This document shows positions 1 through 9,181 of a stretch of DNA of 29,482 bases, piece after piece (position 1 is the first letter of the stretch; every line of letters starts with the position of its first letter). The DNA is from a virus. Location: positions 1-29,482 of IMG/VR virus record IMGVR_UViG_3300000116_000126. One strand, given 5' to 3'. The position numbers and the translations under genes were made by a program. The notes beneath the pieces were generated by a model. It did no database searches, was not told the origin of the DNA, and was given only the letters and a program-made list of their open reading frames with translations.

Positions 1-70
1 TTTTTTATAAGCTACTTCGGCTTTTCTTAAATCATCTATAAGGCTAGTTCCTATTTTTGTATCTTTATCT
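1..70. repeat. Terminal direct repeat, copy 1 (identical to 29413..29482)
   Basis: Read base by base: ttttttataagctacttcggcttttcttaaatcatctataaggctagttcctatttttgtatctttatct occurs at both window ends. Confidence 0.95.
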
Positions 71-171
71 AAAGCAGAATTAAATGCTTTATCGAAATCA
101 TCTACAATACCTAACTTTAATTTTTCAGCTTTGCTAAACTTTCTAAGTTCGTTGTAAAATTTATTCTCCAT
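1..171 (-). CDS. N-terminal 57 codons of a 115-aa small helical protein (paralogue A), split by the window ends
   Basis: ATG is the reverse complement of 169..171. Translation: MENKFYNELRKFSKAEKLKLGIVDDFDKAFNSALDKDTKIGTSLIDDLRKAEVAYKK. The frame continues without a stop through the 70-nt overlap into 29412..29236, because the 29412-nt unit length is divisible by 3. Confidence 0.75.
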   Translation of the reverse strand, partial: MENKFYNELRKFSKAEKLKLGIVDDFDKAFNSALDKDTKIGTSLIDDLRKAEVAYKK

Positions 172-201
172 AATATAAAATATAAATAAGTTTGATTTGT
201 T

Positions 202-1473
202 TTATTTTCGGTCTATTTGGTCTAGCTTTTTTATTGCCCACTCTACACCACTCGTACCACCCCAAGCATCGTACATTATACCACCACAACCCTCGCTATA
301 TGGTACGTCTTTATGTTGTTCGTGTCTTTTAAATGATGCCATACGAGCAATAGTATCTCTGCTTATAGGATTTTTATCTGCTAGTTGTCTTGCTCTTGTC
401 CAACCTACCTTAGTGCCACAATCGCTACCATTTTCTTCTTTGTACTTAATAGCTTTTTTAGCGTTGTTACTAGCACTTTCAGGATAGTCAGTATAGCTTT
501 CTAGTTCTACTTCTGCTTCAATAGGTACGCAGTTAGGTACTTTACGACCATCTTTTATCTTATGTCCTATTGGCTCATACCCCTCTTGACAAGGGTTGGG
601 AGTAATCAAGTCAGTATCAAAGCAGTTGCAATCTTCTTCTAAGATAGTTGCTAGTGTGTCTAGTATCTCGTGGTCAGAGCAAGGCATATATACTTTCTTA
701 TCCTCTAATTCGTGTTCGTGATAACCCTCACAACCTAACTCTTTAGCAACCTCAACTGCATCTTCTGCATTGTCAAATACAGGGAAGCCATCTATCTCGC
801 CTACTTGTGCGTACTTTTTCTTCTTCTTCTTTTTCTTATCAGTCTTTGCTAGTGTTTCCATCTTATCGACAAAATACCCCTCTATACTCAAACCTTTTAA
901 CTCGCCACTCTTAATGCGTTCCCATACCTCATCGTTGTTTACTCGCATAGATACAAACCAAGTACCTTTAGGCAATTCATAGCCATATAAGTTGCTCTTA
1001 TCGTTTTTGCTATCTTCTACTATCCAACTCTCTACTGTATGCACTCCTGTAACCTTTTCTTCGTGTTGTAAGGTCGCATTGTTAGTGTTTTGGTGTTTCA
1101 TATACGCTTCGGCAGCCTTACGGACTGTATCAGCAGTAAAATACACATAGTAGTTTCTATCTTTGTTAGCATCGTATCTGTATATCTGCTTGTAGGGTAT
1201 CAAAGCTGGACTTACTAGCAGTCGTTCTTCTTCGTTTACCTTTGCAAGTGTTAAGTTGCTCTCTATGTCGTTAAAATATACAAAGTCAGTTTCTATTGCT
1301 GGACTTGTTACCAAAGATATAGCATCTATTGCTAATTCTTCGTTGTTCTCATCTACAATCAGTTCTACGATGTCATAAGTGTCGTGTGCTTTCTCGCACT
1401 CTTGTAGGGTGTCGTACTTACATTCACCATCACCCCATTTATACTTTCCGTTATCACATTCTTTACAAGGCAT
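202..1473 (-). CDS. Composite prohead protease: XkdF-type (Peptidase_S78_2-like) domain with Cys-rich N-terminus, poly-Lys linker and three C-terminal modules
   Basis: 423-aa ORF. Residues ~85-200 (LVSPALIPY...HTVESWIVED...KGTWFVSMRVNNDEVWERIKSGELKGLSIEGYF) match my recollection of the XkdF family. It lies upstream of the scaffold and capsid genes. Confidence 0.75.
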   Translation of the reverse strand: MPCKECDNGKYKWGDGECKYDTLQECEKAHDTYDIVELIVDENNEELAIDAISLVTSPAIETDFVYFNDIESNLTLAKVNEEERLLVSPALIPYKQIYRYDANKDRNYYVYFTADTVRKAAEAYMKHQNTNNATLQHEEKVTGVHTVESWIVEDSKNDKSNLYGYELPKGTWFVSMRVNNDEVWERIKSGELKGLSIEGYFVDKMETLAKTDKKKKKKKKYAQVGEIDGFPVFDNAEDAVEVAKELGCEGYHEHELEDKKVYMPCSDHEILDTLATILEEDCNCFDTDLITPNPCQEGYEPIGHKIKDGRKVPNCVPIEAEVELESYTDYPESASNNAKKAIKYKEENGSDCGTKVGWTRARQLADKNPISRDTIARMASFKRHEQHKDVPYSEGCGGIMYDAWGGTSGVEWAIKKLDQIDRK

Positions 1474-1483
1474 AATCTTATTT

Positions 1484-3190
1484 TTAAATTGTTGCTTTTC
1501 TTCTTATTTTACTTAATTTATCTTGTTGCTTAGTCATGTCATCAGCTACTACAAAGGCTTTTACAACTCCCATAGTCGTACCTCCTACACCCTCGCCACT
1601 TGCGAATGACCTACCACCACCAGCTTCGTTAATTGCGCTTAGAAGTGGTTTAAACATTCTTGTACTACGTGCATTTATTACACTCTCACCCTTAGATAGT
1701 CTAGCACTAACACTATCACTCGTTCCTGTACCATATCCACCTACAAAACCACCTTGTGCAAATTGTGGCTCTTCTACTGCAAGTATCTTATCAATGTTAG
1801 CCATACCAGCTAAAAATGTAGAACCAGCTAATATAGGACCAAATACAGGTCCAGCACCGACAGGTGGTGGTGCTAGTGCAGCAGTCATAGCCATATAAGT
1901 ATTTATAGTTGTTTCAGCGACTGCTAATGCTTTTGCTGCTTTACTTTCTTCACCCATAATACTTTTAATGTTAGCAATACTTTGTAAAACTATATCAACA
2001 TCAGTCTGCGTTTGCGTTCTACGTATTTCATTAAGTTTATCTGCTTTACGTTGTTCAAGTGCAGTTATATCTGTACCACTCTTTTCAGCAAGTCTAAACA
2101 ATTCTTCATATTGTTGCTCTACTTCTAATAACTCTCTTTCTCTTTCGCTTACACCCTCTAATGCTAATTCTTTCTTTACATCTTGTAACTCTCGTTGTAA
2201 AGATACTTGATTAGTAAGTTGTTCTGATTGAAAGCCTGTTATTTGTGCTTCAATAGCTAGTAACTCATTTTGTGCTTCTGTAAGTGCTATTAAGTTCTCT
2301 TGATTTTTTAATTTATCATATTCAATTTGTGCTGCTTGTACTTGTATCTGTTGTAAAGCTAACATCTCTTTGGCTTGTTTTTCTAATACTACACCAAGTT
2401 CTTCATTAGCCTTTATTCTATCTTCAAAAGTTTGGTTTTCATCATCTCTTACTTGCCTTAACTTTTCTGCTTGTCTATCATAGCTCTCTATAAGACCTTG
2501 TATCTTAACTTGTGATAGTTCGGCTTGTTTTTGTAGTGCTACATTAGCCTTTGCACTATTTATAGTTTCTTTAGTATAATCTACTACTGCTTCTGTTACC
2601 TCGTTAAATGTTTTTGCAATTTTAGTAGTGCTATCATCAACACCTGTAACTACATCTACCATTTCTTTACCAGCCTCTTTGATAGTTACACTAGCTTCTT
2701 TAAATTTACCAGCAACTAATAAGCTAATAGTATGACCAAGCAAATTAGCAACTTCTATGGCACTTTCAAATCGTTCTATTAGATTGTTTTTTAATGCAGT
2801 ACCTAAAAGTCTAATACTACTTACAGGATTTTCAAAAACATTTTTAAAAAATTCTGCAACTTGTCCGAAATTATTAAACACAAAGTTTACAAAATCATTG
2901 ATAGCTATACTTGTAGCCTCAAATACAGTATTAAAGAAGTCAGCAGTCTTTTGGTTCTGCATAAATATTTCTTGCAATAAGTTAAGTGCTTTTATAGCTA
3001 AACCAATACCAGCAGCTTTTAATGCTAATCCTACACCTTTTATTGCTGCTACAAATGTAGAAGTAGCTTTAGCAGTAACAGTAGCTGATGCTCCTATACC
3101 TACAACTGCTGTTTTTACTTCTTCTAAATTATCTTTTGCATCGCCTACATCAGCGACTAATTTCATTACTACTTCTTCTTGTATTGCCAT
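1484..3190 (-). CDS. Tape-measure-like or internal virion protein (long coiled coil)
   Basis: 568-aa ORF with a hydrophobic Gly/Ala-rich N-terminus, ~250 aa of heptad-like E/K/Q/L sequence, and a C-terminal GGFVGGYGTGTSDSVSARLSKGESVINARS motif typical of tape-measure C-termini. The start could instead be the second ATG at 3166. Confidence 0.5.
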   Translation of the reverse strand: MAIQEEVVMKLVADVGDAKDNLEEVKTAVVGIGASATVTAKATSTFVAAIKGVGLALKAAGIGLAIKALNLLQEIFMQNQKTADFFNTVFEATSIAINDFVNFVFNNFGQVAEFFKNVFENPVSSIRLLGTALKNNLIERFESAIEVANLLGHTISLLVAGKFKEASVTIKEAGKEMVDVVTGVDDSTTKIAKTFNEVTEAVVDYTKETINSAKANVALQKQAELSQVKIQGLIESYDRQAEKLRQVRDDENQTFEDRIKANEELGVVLEKQAKEMLALQQIQVQAAQIEYDKLKNQENLIALTEAQNELLAIEAQITGFQSEQLTNQVSLQRELQDVKKELALEGVSERERELLEVEQQYEELFRLAEKSGTDITALEQRKADKLNEIRRTQTQTDVDIVLQSIANIKSIMGEESKAAKALAVAETTINTYMAMTAALAPPPVGAGPVFGPILAGSTFLAGMANIDKILAVEEPQFAQGGFVGGYGTGTSDSVSARLSKGESVINARSTRMFKPLLSAINEAGGGRSFASGEGVGGTTMGVVKAFVVADDMTKQQDKLSKIRRKATI

Positions 3191-3321
3191 TTGCCTAGTA
3201 TTATCTCGTTATAATCTGTTTTATCTTTATACTTAGTTATCAAAGGTAGTACATCTTTAAATGCACTAAACCCTACTGCGATAACATCGCCCATTAGTTT
3301 AAATTCTATCGCTTTACGCAT
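3169..3321 (-). CDS. Small ORF (50 aa), hypothetical
   Basis: Hand-translated as MRKAIEFKLMGDVIAVGFSAFKDVLPLITKYKDKTDYNEIILGKWQYKKK. It is below the track's size cutoff. It fills the 3191..3313 gap and overlaps both neighbouring genes. Confidence 0.3.
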   Translation of the reverse strand: MRKAIEFKLMGDVIAVGFSAFKDVLPLITKYKDKTDYNEIILGKWQYKKK

Positions 3322-4084
3322 ATCTTACTTCTGTTACTTTTAAATCTACTGTCCAATATACTGTATGTCCTGTATCACCTGTTACCTTAACCTCTATGTA
3401 ATCAGGTGTATTGACTATTGGTGCAAAATCTATATCATACTGGTTAGCACTACTATCTCTAATTGTTGTGCTTTTCTCGTGTCCTACTTCTGTAAGTGTA
3501 TTGTTGGTGTATTTATAGGTAGCGTGTCCGTAGCTAGTAAATATATCGTTACTACTAGGATTAATTCCTACTGCTGTATAGTCAATAGCATAGCCACTTT
3601 CGTAACTTTGATTTATGTAAAGTCTTGCGCCACTATGACCACCTAAATATAATTCAGTAGCAGTATTATCAGTTGTAACACCATCGAATTGATAAAAGCT
3701 AAACTTTGCTCTATTAGCTATCTTAGATGCACTAAAGGCTATCTCACCAAAGTTCTCTGCGTATGCGTTCTTACCTATTGCAGTTGCATTGTCAGCGTTC
3801 TTTTGTATAAGGTTTCTAAATCCTAATGCTACGTTATTTATACCACTTGTAATTTTATTACCTATACCTACTGCAAAGTTGCCATCGTTTTTAAGTATAT
3901 TACCTTTAGCTTTATTCTTATCGCTATCAGGTTTTATAGTAGTGTCATAGCAATAACATACACTATTACGAAACTTAAAGCCATAGCCTAAACAATCTTG
4001 CTCTGAACCATCAGTAGTACCTGTACCTTTGTCATCTACAAATAATACTTTGCCATTCTCTATAATTCTAGCTATTTTTCTCAT
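3314..4084 (-). CDS. Tail fibre or spike-like protein
   Basis: 256-aa ORF with repeated N-x-A-x-G type motifs (GIGNKITSGINNVALGFRN, ATAIGKNAYAENFGEIAFSAS) like those in fibre and adhesin beta-helices. ATGA overlap with the upstream gene. Confidence 0.45.
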   Translation of the reverse strand: MRKIARIIENGKVLFVDDKGTGTTDGSEQDCLGYGFKFRNSVCYCYDTTIKPDSDKNKAKGNILKNDGNFAVGIGNKITSGINNVALGFRNLIQKNADNATAIGKNAYAENFGEIAFSASKIANRAKFSFYQFDGVTTDNTATELYLGGHSGARLYINQSYESGYAIDYTAVGINPSSNDIFTSYGHATYKYTNNTLTEVGHEKSTTIRDSSANQYDIDFAPIVNTPDYIEVKVTGDTGHTVYWTVDLKVTEVRYA

Positions 4085-6150
4085 ATTCTAAGTAGTTCTA
4101 CTTTTGCTAAATTATTCCTATCTGTATTATACTCTATCTTATTAACTCGATAGTGCTGGTCTTTAACTTTTACTAAATCACCAAAGCTAAAGTTATAAAT
4201 ATCTGTTGGCTTTAGATTAAATTCTGCTTTTAGTATCAAGCCATCAGTAATGTTAAACTTTTCATCTATATAATCTGCCCAAAAGAAGTTATACAAAGTT
4301 CTACTAGGTATATTGCCTAGTGTTGGTGTATATATAGGATTGGTAAAGCCAAATAATAAAGAGTATGAGTTTGTTTCTACTTGTGGTAATGGTGGGTTGT
4401 TGTCAGCACTACCATAGTATTGTGTACCATTATTTATAAATTGATAATCAGCACCAAATATGTCGCCTGTATCATCTTGCACATCTAAATCTATATCAAA
4501 GCCATTGTCATTTTTAAATATTAATCTAGGTGCATTATCAAACGCTTCTAGTTCTTCACCATTATCGGTAGCTATGTGTTGTAAGTTTATGTTACTATTA
4601 TCTAGTTGTTTAGTAAAAGGTGCTGCAAATACGCTTAACTCTATTGTATTTACCTCATCGCTATCTACATCAAACTCTAATACTTGACTACCATACTCTG
4701 TATTGTGTGCGTTCTTATATCTTTCGTGGTAATAGTCATCACTATCTTCTGCATGTTTAAACTCTATGCGCTTAGGTATCTCGATAGGCTCTATTACAAA
4801 TTCGTTAGCGTTTATTTTCTTTGTCCAATCTATTACATTGTTAGTAGTGAAGTTATAGTAAGGCTCTATTTTAAGTAAATTGTTTTGCTTACTCTCTAAA
4901 GTCAGATTAAATGCAGTTACTACATCTTTTAGTATATCAGCTAACTTAATATCACCTCTATTAGCTTTTATTAGAACATCAGTTGGTGTGTTTAATAAGT
5001 TTAATGATAAACTAGCATCTGAATTAGCTATCATTAAATCTGCCATAGGTGCTACCCATTGTAAAGTAACTGTATTACCACTAGCTACGAATACACTACC
5101 TGTAAAAGTCTTTGTTTCTACTGTTGGGTTACCAAGTGCTACTGCTTCATTTATATAGTGTTGCCCTAAATTTTCATCATTAGCATATAATCTCAATATA
5201 CCATATTGAAAATCATTTTCGTTATATATTTTTACTGTGTATTCTATGTTTAAGTAACAATCGTAAGGTGCAGTAAATACACTTGTATCGTGGTTAAAGT
5301 TACTATCAGTATCACCACTCTCATTTACAAAGTCTATTACTGTTGCACTCTCTATACTATCACCTATATTAGTACCATTGTTTACACCTACACTATCTGT
5401 ACCACTACCAACTGTTGCAATTATTGTATCATCTTCAAAATCGCTACTATTATTATTTAATCCTATATCAAAAAATATATCTTTAAAATAGTCAGTTTCA
5501 AAAAAACCACTATCATAACTAAATCCAGCATAATCAAATATCTTATCTATAACATATTTAAGGCTTATGTTTAGTATATAGTTTTCTTGATAGCTACGCA
5601 TATATAAATTTTCAGCATCTACATATATTTGCCCATCATTTATTAATGGATAGAAAACTTTATCAGTAGTACCACCAGCACTTAATGTAGTCAAGCCAAA
5701 CCAACTTTGTATAATATTAGTTGGTGTTAGTTCGTGGTCTATATCTGTAAAGTCTAAATCGTTTATAGTAGCATCTGCAAGTGTTTCTATAATATTAGCA
5801 ACATCATTAAACAATACCACATTGTATGTAACCTCTGTATCTTTATCTACGACATTTAAGAGCCTTAAAAAACCCTCAAGTACTAATACATCTTCGCTAT
5901 ACAGAAATGCTTTTACGTTCTTATATACGTTAAAATTAGTCTTATATCTATCTACGTTGTAGTAATGCTCAAAGAACTTATTGTTACGCTTAGTAGCTGG
6001 TAGGTTAAAGTCTTTAGAGTATGATGCGTTCTTGCTTTCTATATCTCTAACATCATCTACTTGTAATGTTAAGTTGATATTCTCATTACCAAACGTATCT
6101 AACTCTTGCAACTCATTAGTTACTTGATTTTGTACTACTAATCTTATCAT
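4081..6150 (-). CDS. Large virion or tail structural protein
   Basis: 689-aa ORF, translationally coupled (ATGA) on both sides within the tail-gene block. N/T/S/D-rich beta-type composition. No catalytic motif recognised. Confidence 0.4.
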   Translation of the reverse strand: MIRLVVQNQVTNELQELDTFGNENINLTLQVDDVRDIESKNASYSKDFNLPATKRNNKFFEHYYNVDRYKTNFNVYKNVKAFLYSEDVLVLEGFLRLLNVVDKDTEVTYNVVLFNDVANIIETLADATINDLDFTDIDHELTPTNIIQSWFGLTTLSAGGTTDKVFYPLINDGQIYVDAENLYMRSYQENYILNISLKYVIDKIFDYAGFSYDSGFFETDYFKDIFFDIGLNNNSSDFEDDTIIATVGSGTDSVGVNNGTNIGDSIESATVIDFVNESGDTDSNFNHDTSVFTAPYDCYLNIEYTVKIYNENDFQYGILRLYANDENLGQHYINEAVALGNPTVETKTFTGSVFVASGNTVTLQWVAPMADLMIANSDASLSLNLLNTPTDVLIKANRGDIKLADILKDVVTAFNLTLESKQNNLLKIEPYYNFTTNNVIDWTKKINANEFVIEPIEIPKRIEFKHAEDSDDYYHERYKNAHNTEYGSQVLEFDVDSDEVNTIELSVFAAPFTKQLDNSNINLQHIATDNGEELEAFDNAPRLIFKNDNGFDIDLDVQDDTGDIFGADYQFINNGTQYYGSADNNPPLPQVETNSYSLLFGFTNPIYTPTLGNIPSRTLYNFFWADYIDEKFNITDGLILKAEFNLKPTDIYNFSFGDLVKVKDQHYRVNKIEYNTDRNNLAKVELLRI

Positions 6151-7565
6151 AGTCTTTGTACTCTTGTGTTATGACCTTTTTCTATTGTTATGATATACTG
6201 CTTTAACATATCGTTAGCAGTAGTTTGTTTTATGTATTCTGTTTCATTAATGACAACAGGCTCGAATGTAGTGCCTGTCTGCATATAAACATCAGGACTT
6301 AAAAATAATTCCTCTAATATAGCTGCTTCATCTTCTGTAATAAAATCTGTATTAGCTTCTATGGTTTCTATTGCGTTTACATTAAATGCTCTTGTACCAC
6401 CATTGTATGTACCTTGCGTGTAATAATCAAAGTTAAAAGCATCGCCTGATGATGTAGTAGCTAGATATGGTGTAGTACCATAGTTTTGTTTTATAGCAGT
6501 CTTGTTTATTTGTGTCTTTCTTACTGACTTCTTAGTAAAGTTGTAATAATCCCAAGCACCTAGACTATTTAAAAATGCTAACCTAATAGTTTCAAAGCCT
6601 TTGCAGTCTGCATCTTGTATAGTAAAATAGTAAACTTTACTAACAGATGTGCTTACATTTAGTGCAGTTACAGTATAGTAAGCTACGTTAGTAAGGCTAA
6701 CCCCTAATTGTGTTAATTGAGCAGTACCACAACCAAAGTATAACAAACCCTCGTTAGTATTATCACCACCAACTTGTGTAGCAGTAATAGCTGAACCGAA
6801 AGGAGCACCACCATTAAGCGTAGTGTTATCTACATATTCAGTGTCTAACATAGTATCTGAACTATTATAGGTTCTAATTCTAATTCTAGTTACTTTACTA
6901 TCTAAGTAATGCTTACCATTTAAAAAAGCCATCGTGTGATATTGTCCAGCTTGTATTTTCTGACCTGATAAACCTGTACTAGCAAAGTTTTGTGGAAACT
7001 TAGTTAAGAACTTCTTAGTACCACCTGTTAGTAGATAACCACTAAAATCTTCTGTACTATAACCAGCATTGTGCTGCAATACTGAATTAAAAAAGTTAAA
7101 ATTAACATCTGTACTTATTGAAAACTCTTGTATGGTAGTACCACTACTATTGGTGTATTCATAACCCCCTAAACAAGTACAATTATTAAGATTGTTTCTA
7201 TTCCTTGCGTACTTGTCTATCTGATGTATAGCGTGGTTGTTTTCATACATTGTGTCAGTATTAAATGTACTATTTGCACCACCAGCTAAATCATAACCAC
7301 TCTTATCAGTTTCTGTATAATCTTGCAATATAGATGATATTCTAAATAATGCTTTGTCGTTAGTATCAACAGGTGCTTTAAGTGTTGCTACTGTTTGAGC
7401 ATTAACTGCTACTACACAAATGTATTTTAAGTTAGATACTACCCCAGCAACTTGTTGTGCAATTAATAAAGGTGGTATATCTTCTGCGTATATTACTATA
7501 TCTGAATAAGCTGGTGCAAGGAATTGTGCGTTGCCTTGCATTGTTGTTCTTAAATTTACTGCCAT
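6147..7565 (-). CDS. Virion or tail structural protein
   Basis: 472-aa ORF, coupled to neighbours by a TAATG overlap at 7565 and an ATGA overlap at 6147..6150. Composition is typical of tail proteins. Confidence 0.4.
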   Translation of the reverse strand: MAVNLRTTMQGNAQFLAPAYSDIVIYAEDIPPLLIAQQVAGVVSNLKYICVVAVNAQTVATLKAPVDTNDKALFRISSILQDYTETDKSGYDLAGGANSTFNTDTMYENNHAIHQIDKYARNRNNLNNCTCLGGYEYTNSSGTTIQEFSISTDVNFNFFNSVLQHNAGYSTEDFSGYLLTGGTKKFLTKFPQNFASTGLSGQKIQAGQYHTMAFLNGKHYLDSKVTRIRIRTYNSSDTMLDTEYVDNTTLNGGAPFGSAITATQVGGDNTNEGLLYFGCGTAQLTQLGVSLTNVAYYTVTALNVSTSVSKVYYFTIQDADCKGFETIRLAFLNSLGAWDYYNFTKKSVRKTQINKTAIKQNYGTTPYLATTSSGDAFNFDYYTQGTYNGGTRAFNVNAIETIEANTDFITEDEAAILEELFLSPDVYMQTGTTFEPVVINETEYIKQTTANDMLKQYIITIEKGHNTRVQRL

Positions 7566-8083
7566 TATTCTATCTCTTTACTTACGAATTTTAAAAATTG
7601 TTGTGTGTCTTGTGCGTATGCCTTGATAAAGTCTTTAGGTAAATCTCTATATGCTACATTAAAAGCATCAGTAAAGAAGTTGCTAGGCTTAACACCATAT
7701 AGCTTTATATTCCTAGCTATGCTAAACACTAAACTCTTGCGTGGTATAAACCTACCCTTTTTATCTCTAACACCTTGTATGCCTTTGCGTACTGCCCACT
7801 TGTCTATAACTCCTGATGGTGGTTGTTTTGTAGTGTACTTGTAAGGCGAGTTAGGTGCTTTAGCACTTGACTTACTACCCTTAACCCCTTTATCTACAAA
7901 CTTAGCGTAACCCTCTGCTACAAAAGACATATCTACTGCACCACTAGGATAAACCTTAATAAAGTACCCTAGACTACTACCTAAATCGCCACTAGCATTT
8001 CTGCCTTTAGCGTTTAATATACCTCTAGCAGTCTGTACTACCTTTTTGCCAAAGGTGTCTAATACTTTATCTACATTACTCAT
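7565..8083 (-). CDS. Head-tail joining or tail-completion protein (HK97 gp10-like)
   Basis: 172-aa ORF. ASGDLGSSLGY...AEGYAKFVDKGV resembles the TG-L...YA..VE.G signature of the HK97 gp10 family (recollection only). Confidence 0.4.
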   Translation of the reverse strand: MSNVDKVLDTFGKKVVQTARGILNAKGRNASGDLGSSLGYFIKVYPSGAVDMSFVAEGYAKFVDKGVKGSKSSAKAPNSPYKYTTKQPPSGVIDKWAVRKGIQGVRDKKGRFIPRKSLVFSIARNIKLYGVKPSNFFTDAFNVAYRDLPKDFIKAYAQDTQQFLKFVSKEIE

Positions 8084-8544
8084 TATGCAGTTGCTATTAC
8101 TACCTCAATATCTAAAGTAACAGTAGCAGTTGCACTATAAGCGTATAACGCTTCTATCTCTGCTAATGCAGTTTGTGCTGCTTTACTTGTTGCGCCTTTT
8201 ACATCTTTTGCGCCATTTATCATATAAATACTACCACCAGCTCTGACTTCTTCTGCTGCCGATGTAGCGTTACTAGCTTTAGTAATTATTACAGAGTTAG
8301 TATCATCTAAATTAGTAATTCTGATATACTTAATATCATCATAGTCAAATTCAGGTGAAGTAGGTGAACTATCAAAGTTTGCTAATGTTGTAGCAGTTTG
8401 TGCAGTTAGAGTATATATCCTTTTTGATATATTACCTACACTTGCAATAGTATGCGTTGTAGTTGTGTCATAGGTTGCTCCACCTAATGTTAGTTCTTCT
8501 TTTACTTGAACTGTTAAAGTACTTGGTGTAATTGTTGTTGCCAT
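8083..8544 (-). CDS. Abundant-looking structural protein (T/S/A-rich, 153 aa)
   Basis: First gene downstream of the TA-rich control region 8545..8686. Beta-rich T/A/S composition. TAATG coupling to the next gene. Confidence 0.4.
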   Translation of the reverse strand: MATTITPSTLTVQVKEELTLGGATYDTTTTHTIASVGNISKRIYTLTAQTATTLANFDSSPTSPEFDYDDIKYIRITNLDDTNSVIITKASNATSAAEEVRAGGSIYMINGAKDVKGATSKAAQTALAEIEALYAYSATATVTLDIEVVIATA

Positions 8545-8686
8545 TTTTTAATTAATTTTCTTTATTATATATATTATTATTATATTACTATTATATATCT
8601 ATATATATATATTATATAGTGTATATATTCTTGTTTGTGTCCTTTTGTTGTTACGCATTTGATGTAACTCATTCATTTTGAGATAG
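8545..8686 (-). promoter_or_regulatory. TA-rich intergenic control region R1, with a conserved 34-nt box at 8626..8659
   Basis: 142-nt gap that is almost pure A/T from about 8545 to 8625. The box tattcttgtttgtgtccttttgttgttacgcatt matches 18911..18944 at 28 of 34 positions with no gaps. Confidence 0.55.
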
Positions 8687-9181
8687 TTAGGATATTGCGA
8701 CATTTCCACTACAATTACTTGCATTAAATCCTACCTCTATACTGACATTAGCAGTCCACCCACTAACCTCATTGTCGAACCTTTCTGTAAAAGGCTCACA
8801 ACTAACACTAGGACTTATTGCAACCTCTGTTTGAAAGTCAGGTATGTTTTCGTACTCTCCTGTTCTATTCTTTAGCAGACTAATAACATCGCCAATAGTT
8901 TCTAGCGTATCACTCAACACATCTCTCTCGTTGCTCTCATCTTTGCTTACTAAGTCCATTACAATAATCTGAAACGAATATGTTAGCGTGTGCTGTGCAA
9001 AGTTAGCAGTAGCAGTAGAAACGTGAAGTAGTGGGTATGTGGTTTCTGTTAGGTCAATCTCAAATATATCGCCTATGGTCGTTGTGTTTATTTGAAAGTG
9101 TGTGTTTCCTATTTCTTCAAATATGCCATACAACATTTGTAGCGTTATGTTTTTAATCTCTGTTCCTGTTGTTAGTATCAT
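8687..9181 (-). CDS. Hypothetical virion-associated protein (164 aa)
   Basis: ORF whose ATG forms an ATGA overlap with the stop of the -1 frame of the upstream gene. Confidence 0.45.
   Translation of the reverse strand: MILTTGTEIKNITLQMLYGIFEEIGNTHFQINTTTIGDIFEIDLTETTYPLLHVSTATANFAQHTLTYSFQIIVMDLVSKDESNERDVLSDTLETIGDVISLLKNRTGEYENIPDFQTEVAISPSVSCEPFTERFDNEVSGWTANVSIEVGFNASNCSGNVAIS

Noticed and set aside
1-70. 70-nt terminal repeat considered as an attachment site, cos site or biologically defined DTR
   Set aside because: The repeat lies inside a coding sequence and restores it in frame when collapsed. That is what an assembly overlap of a circular or permuted genome looks like. A true short DTR cannot be excluded without read data.
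815-845. Poly-lysine tract (KKKKKKKK) in the protease ORF, considered as a frameshift or slippery site
   Set aside because: It is encoded by mixed AAG/AAA codons (plus strand cttcttcttctttttctt), with no long homopolymer. No alternative frame is open across it. I interpret it as a flexible linker.
8560-8625. TA-rich repetitive DNA considered as a possible CRISPR array or tandem repeat (likewise 18845..18910)
   Set aside because: There is no repeat-spacer periodicity or repeated unit of CRISPR-like length. It is irregular (TA)n/(TAT)n-like simple sequence, better explained as a promoter or DNA-unwinding-type region.
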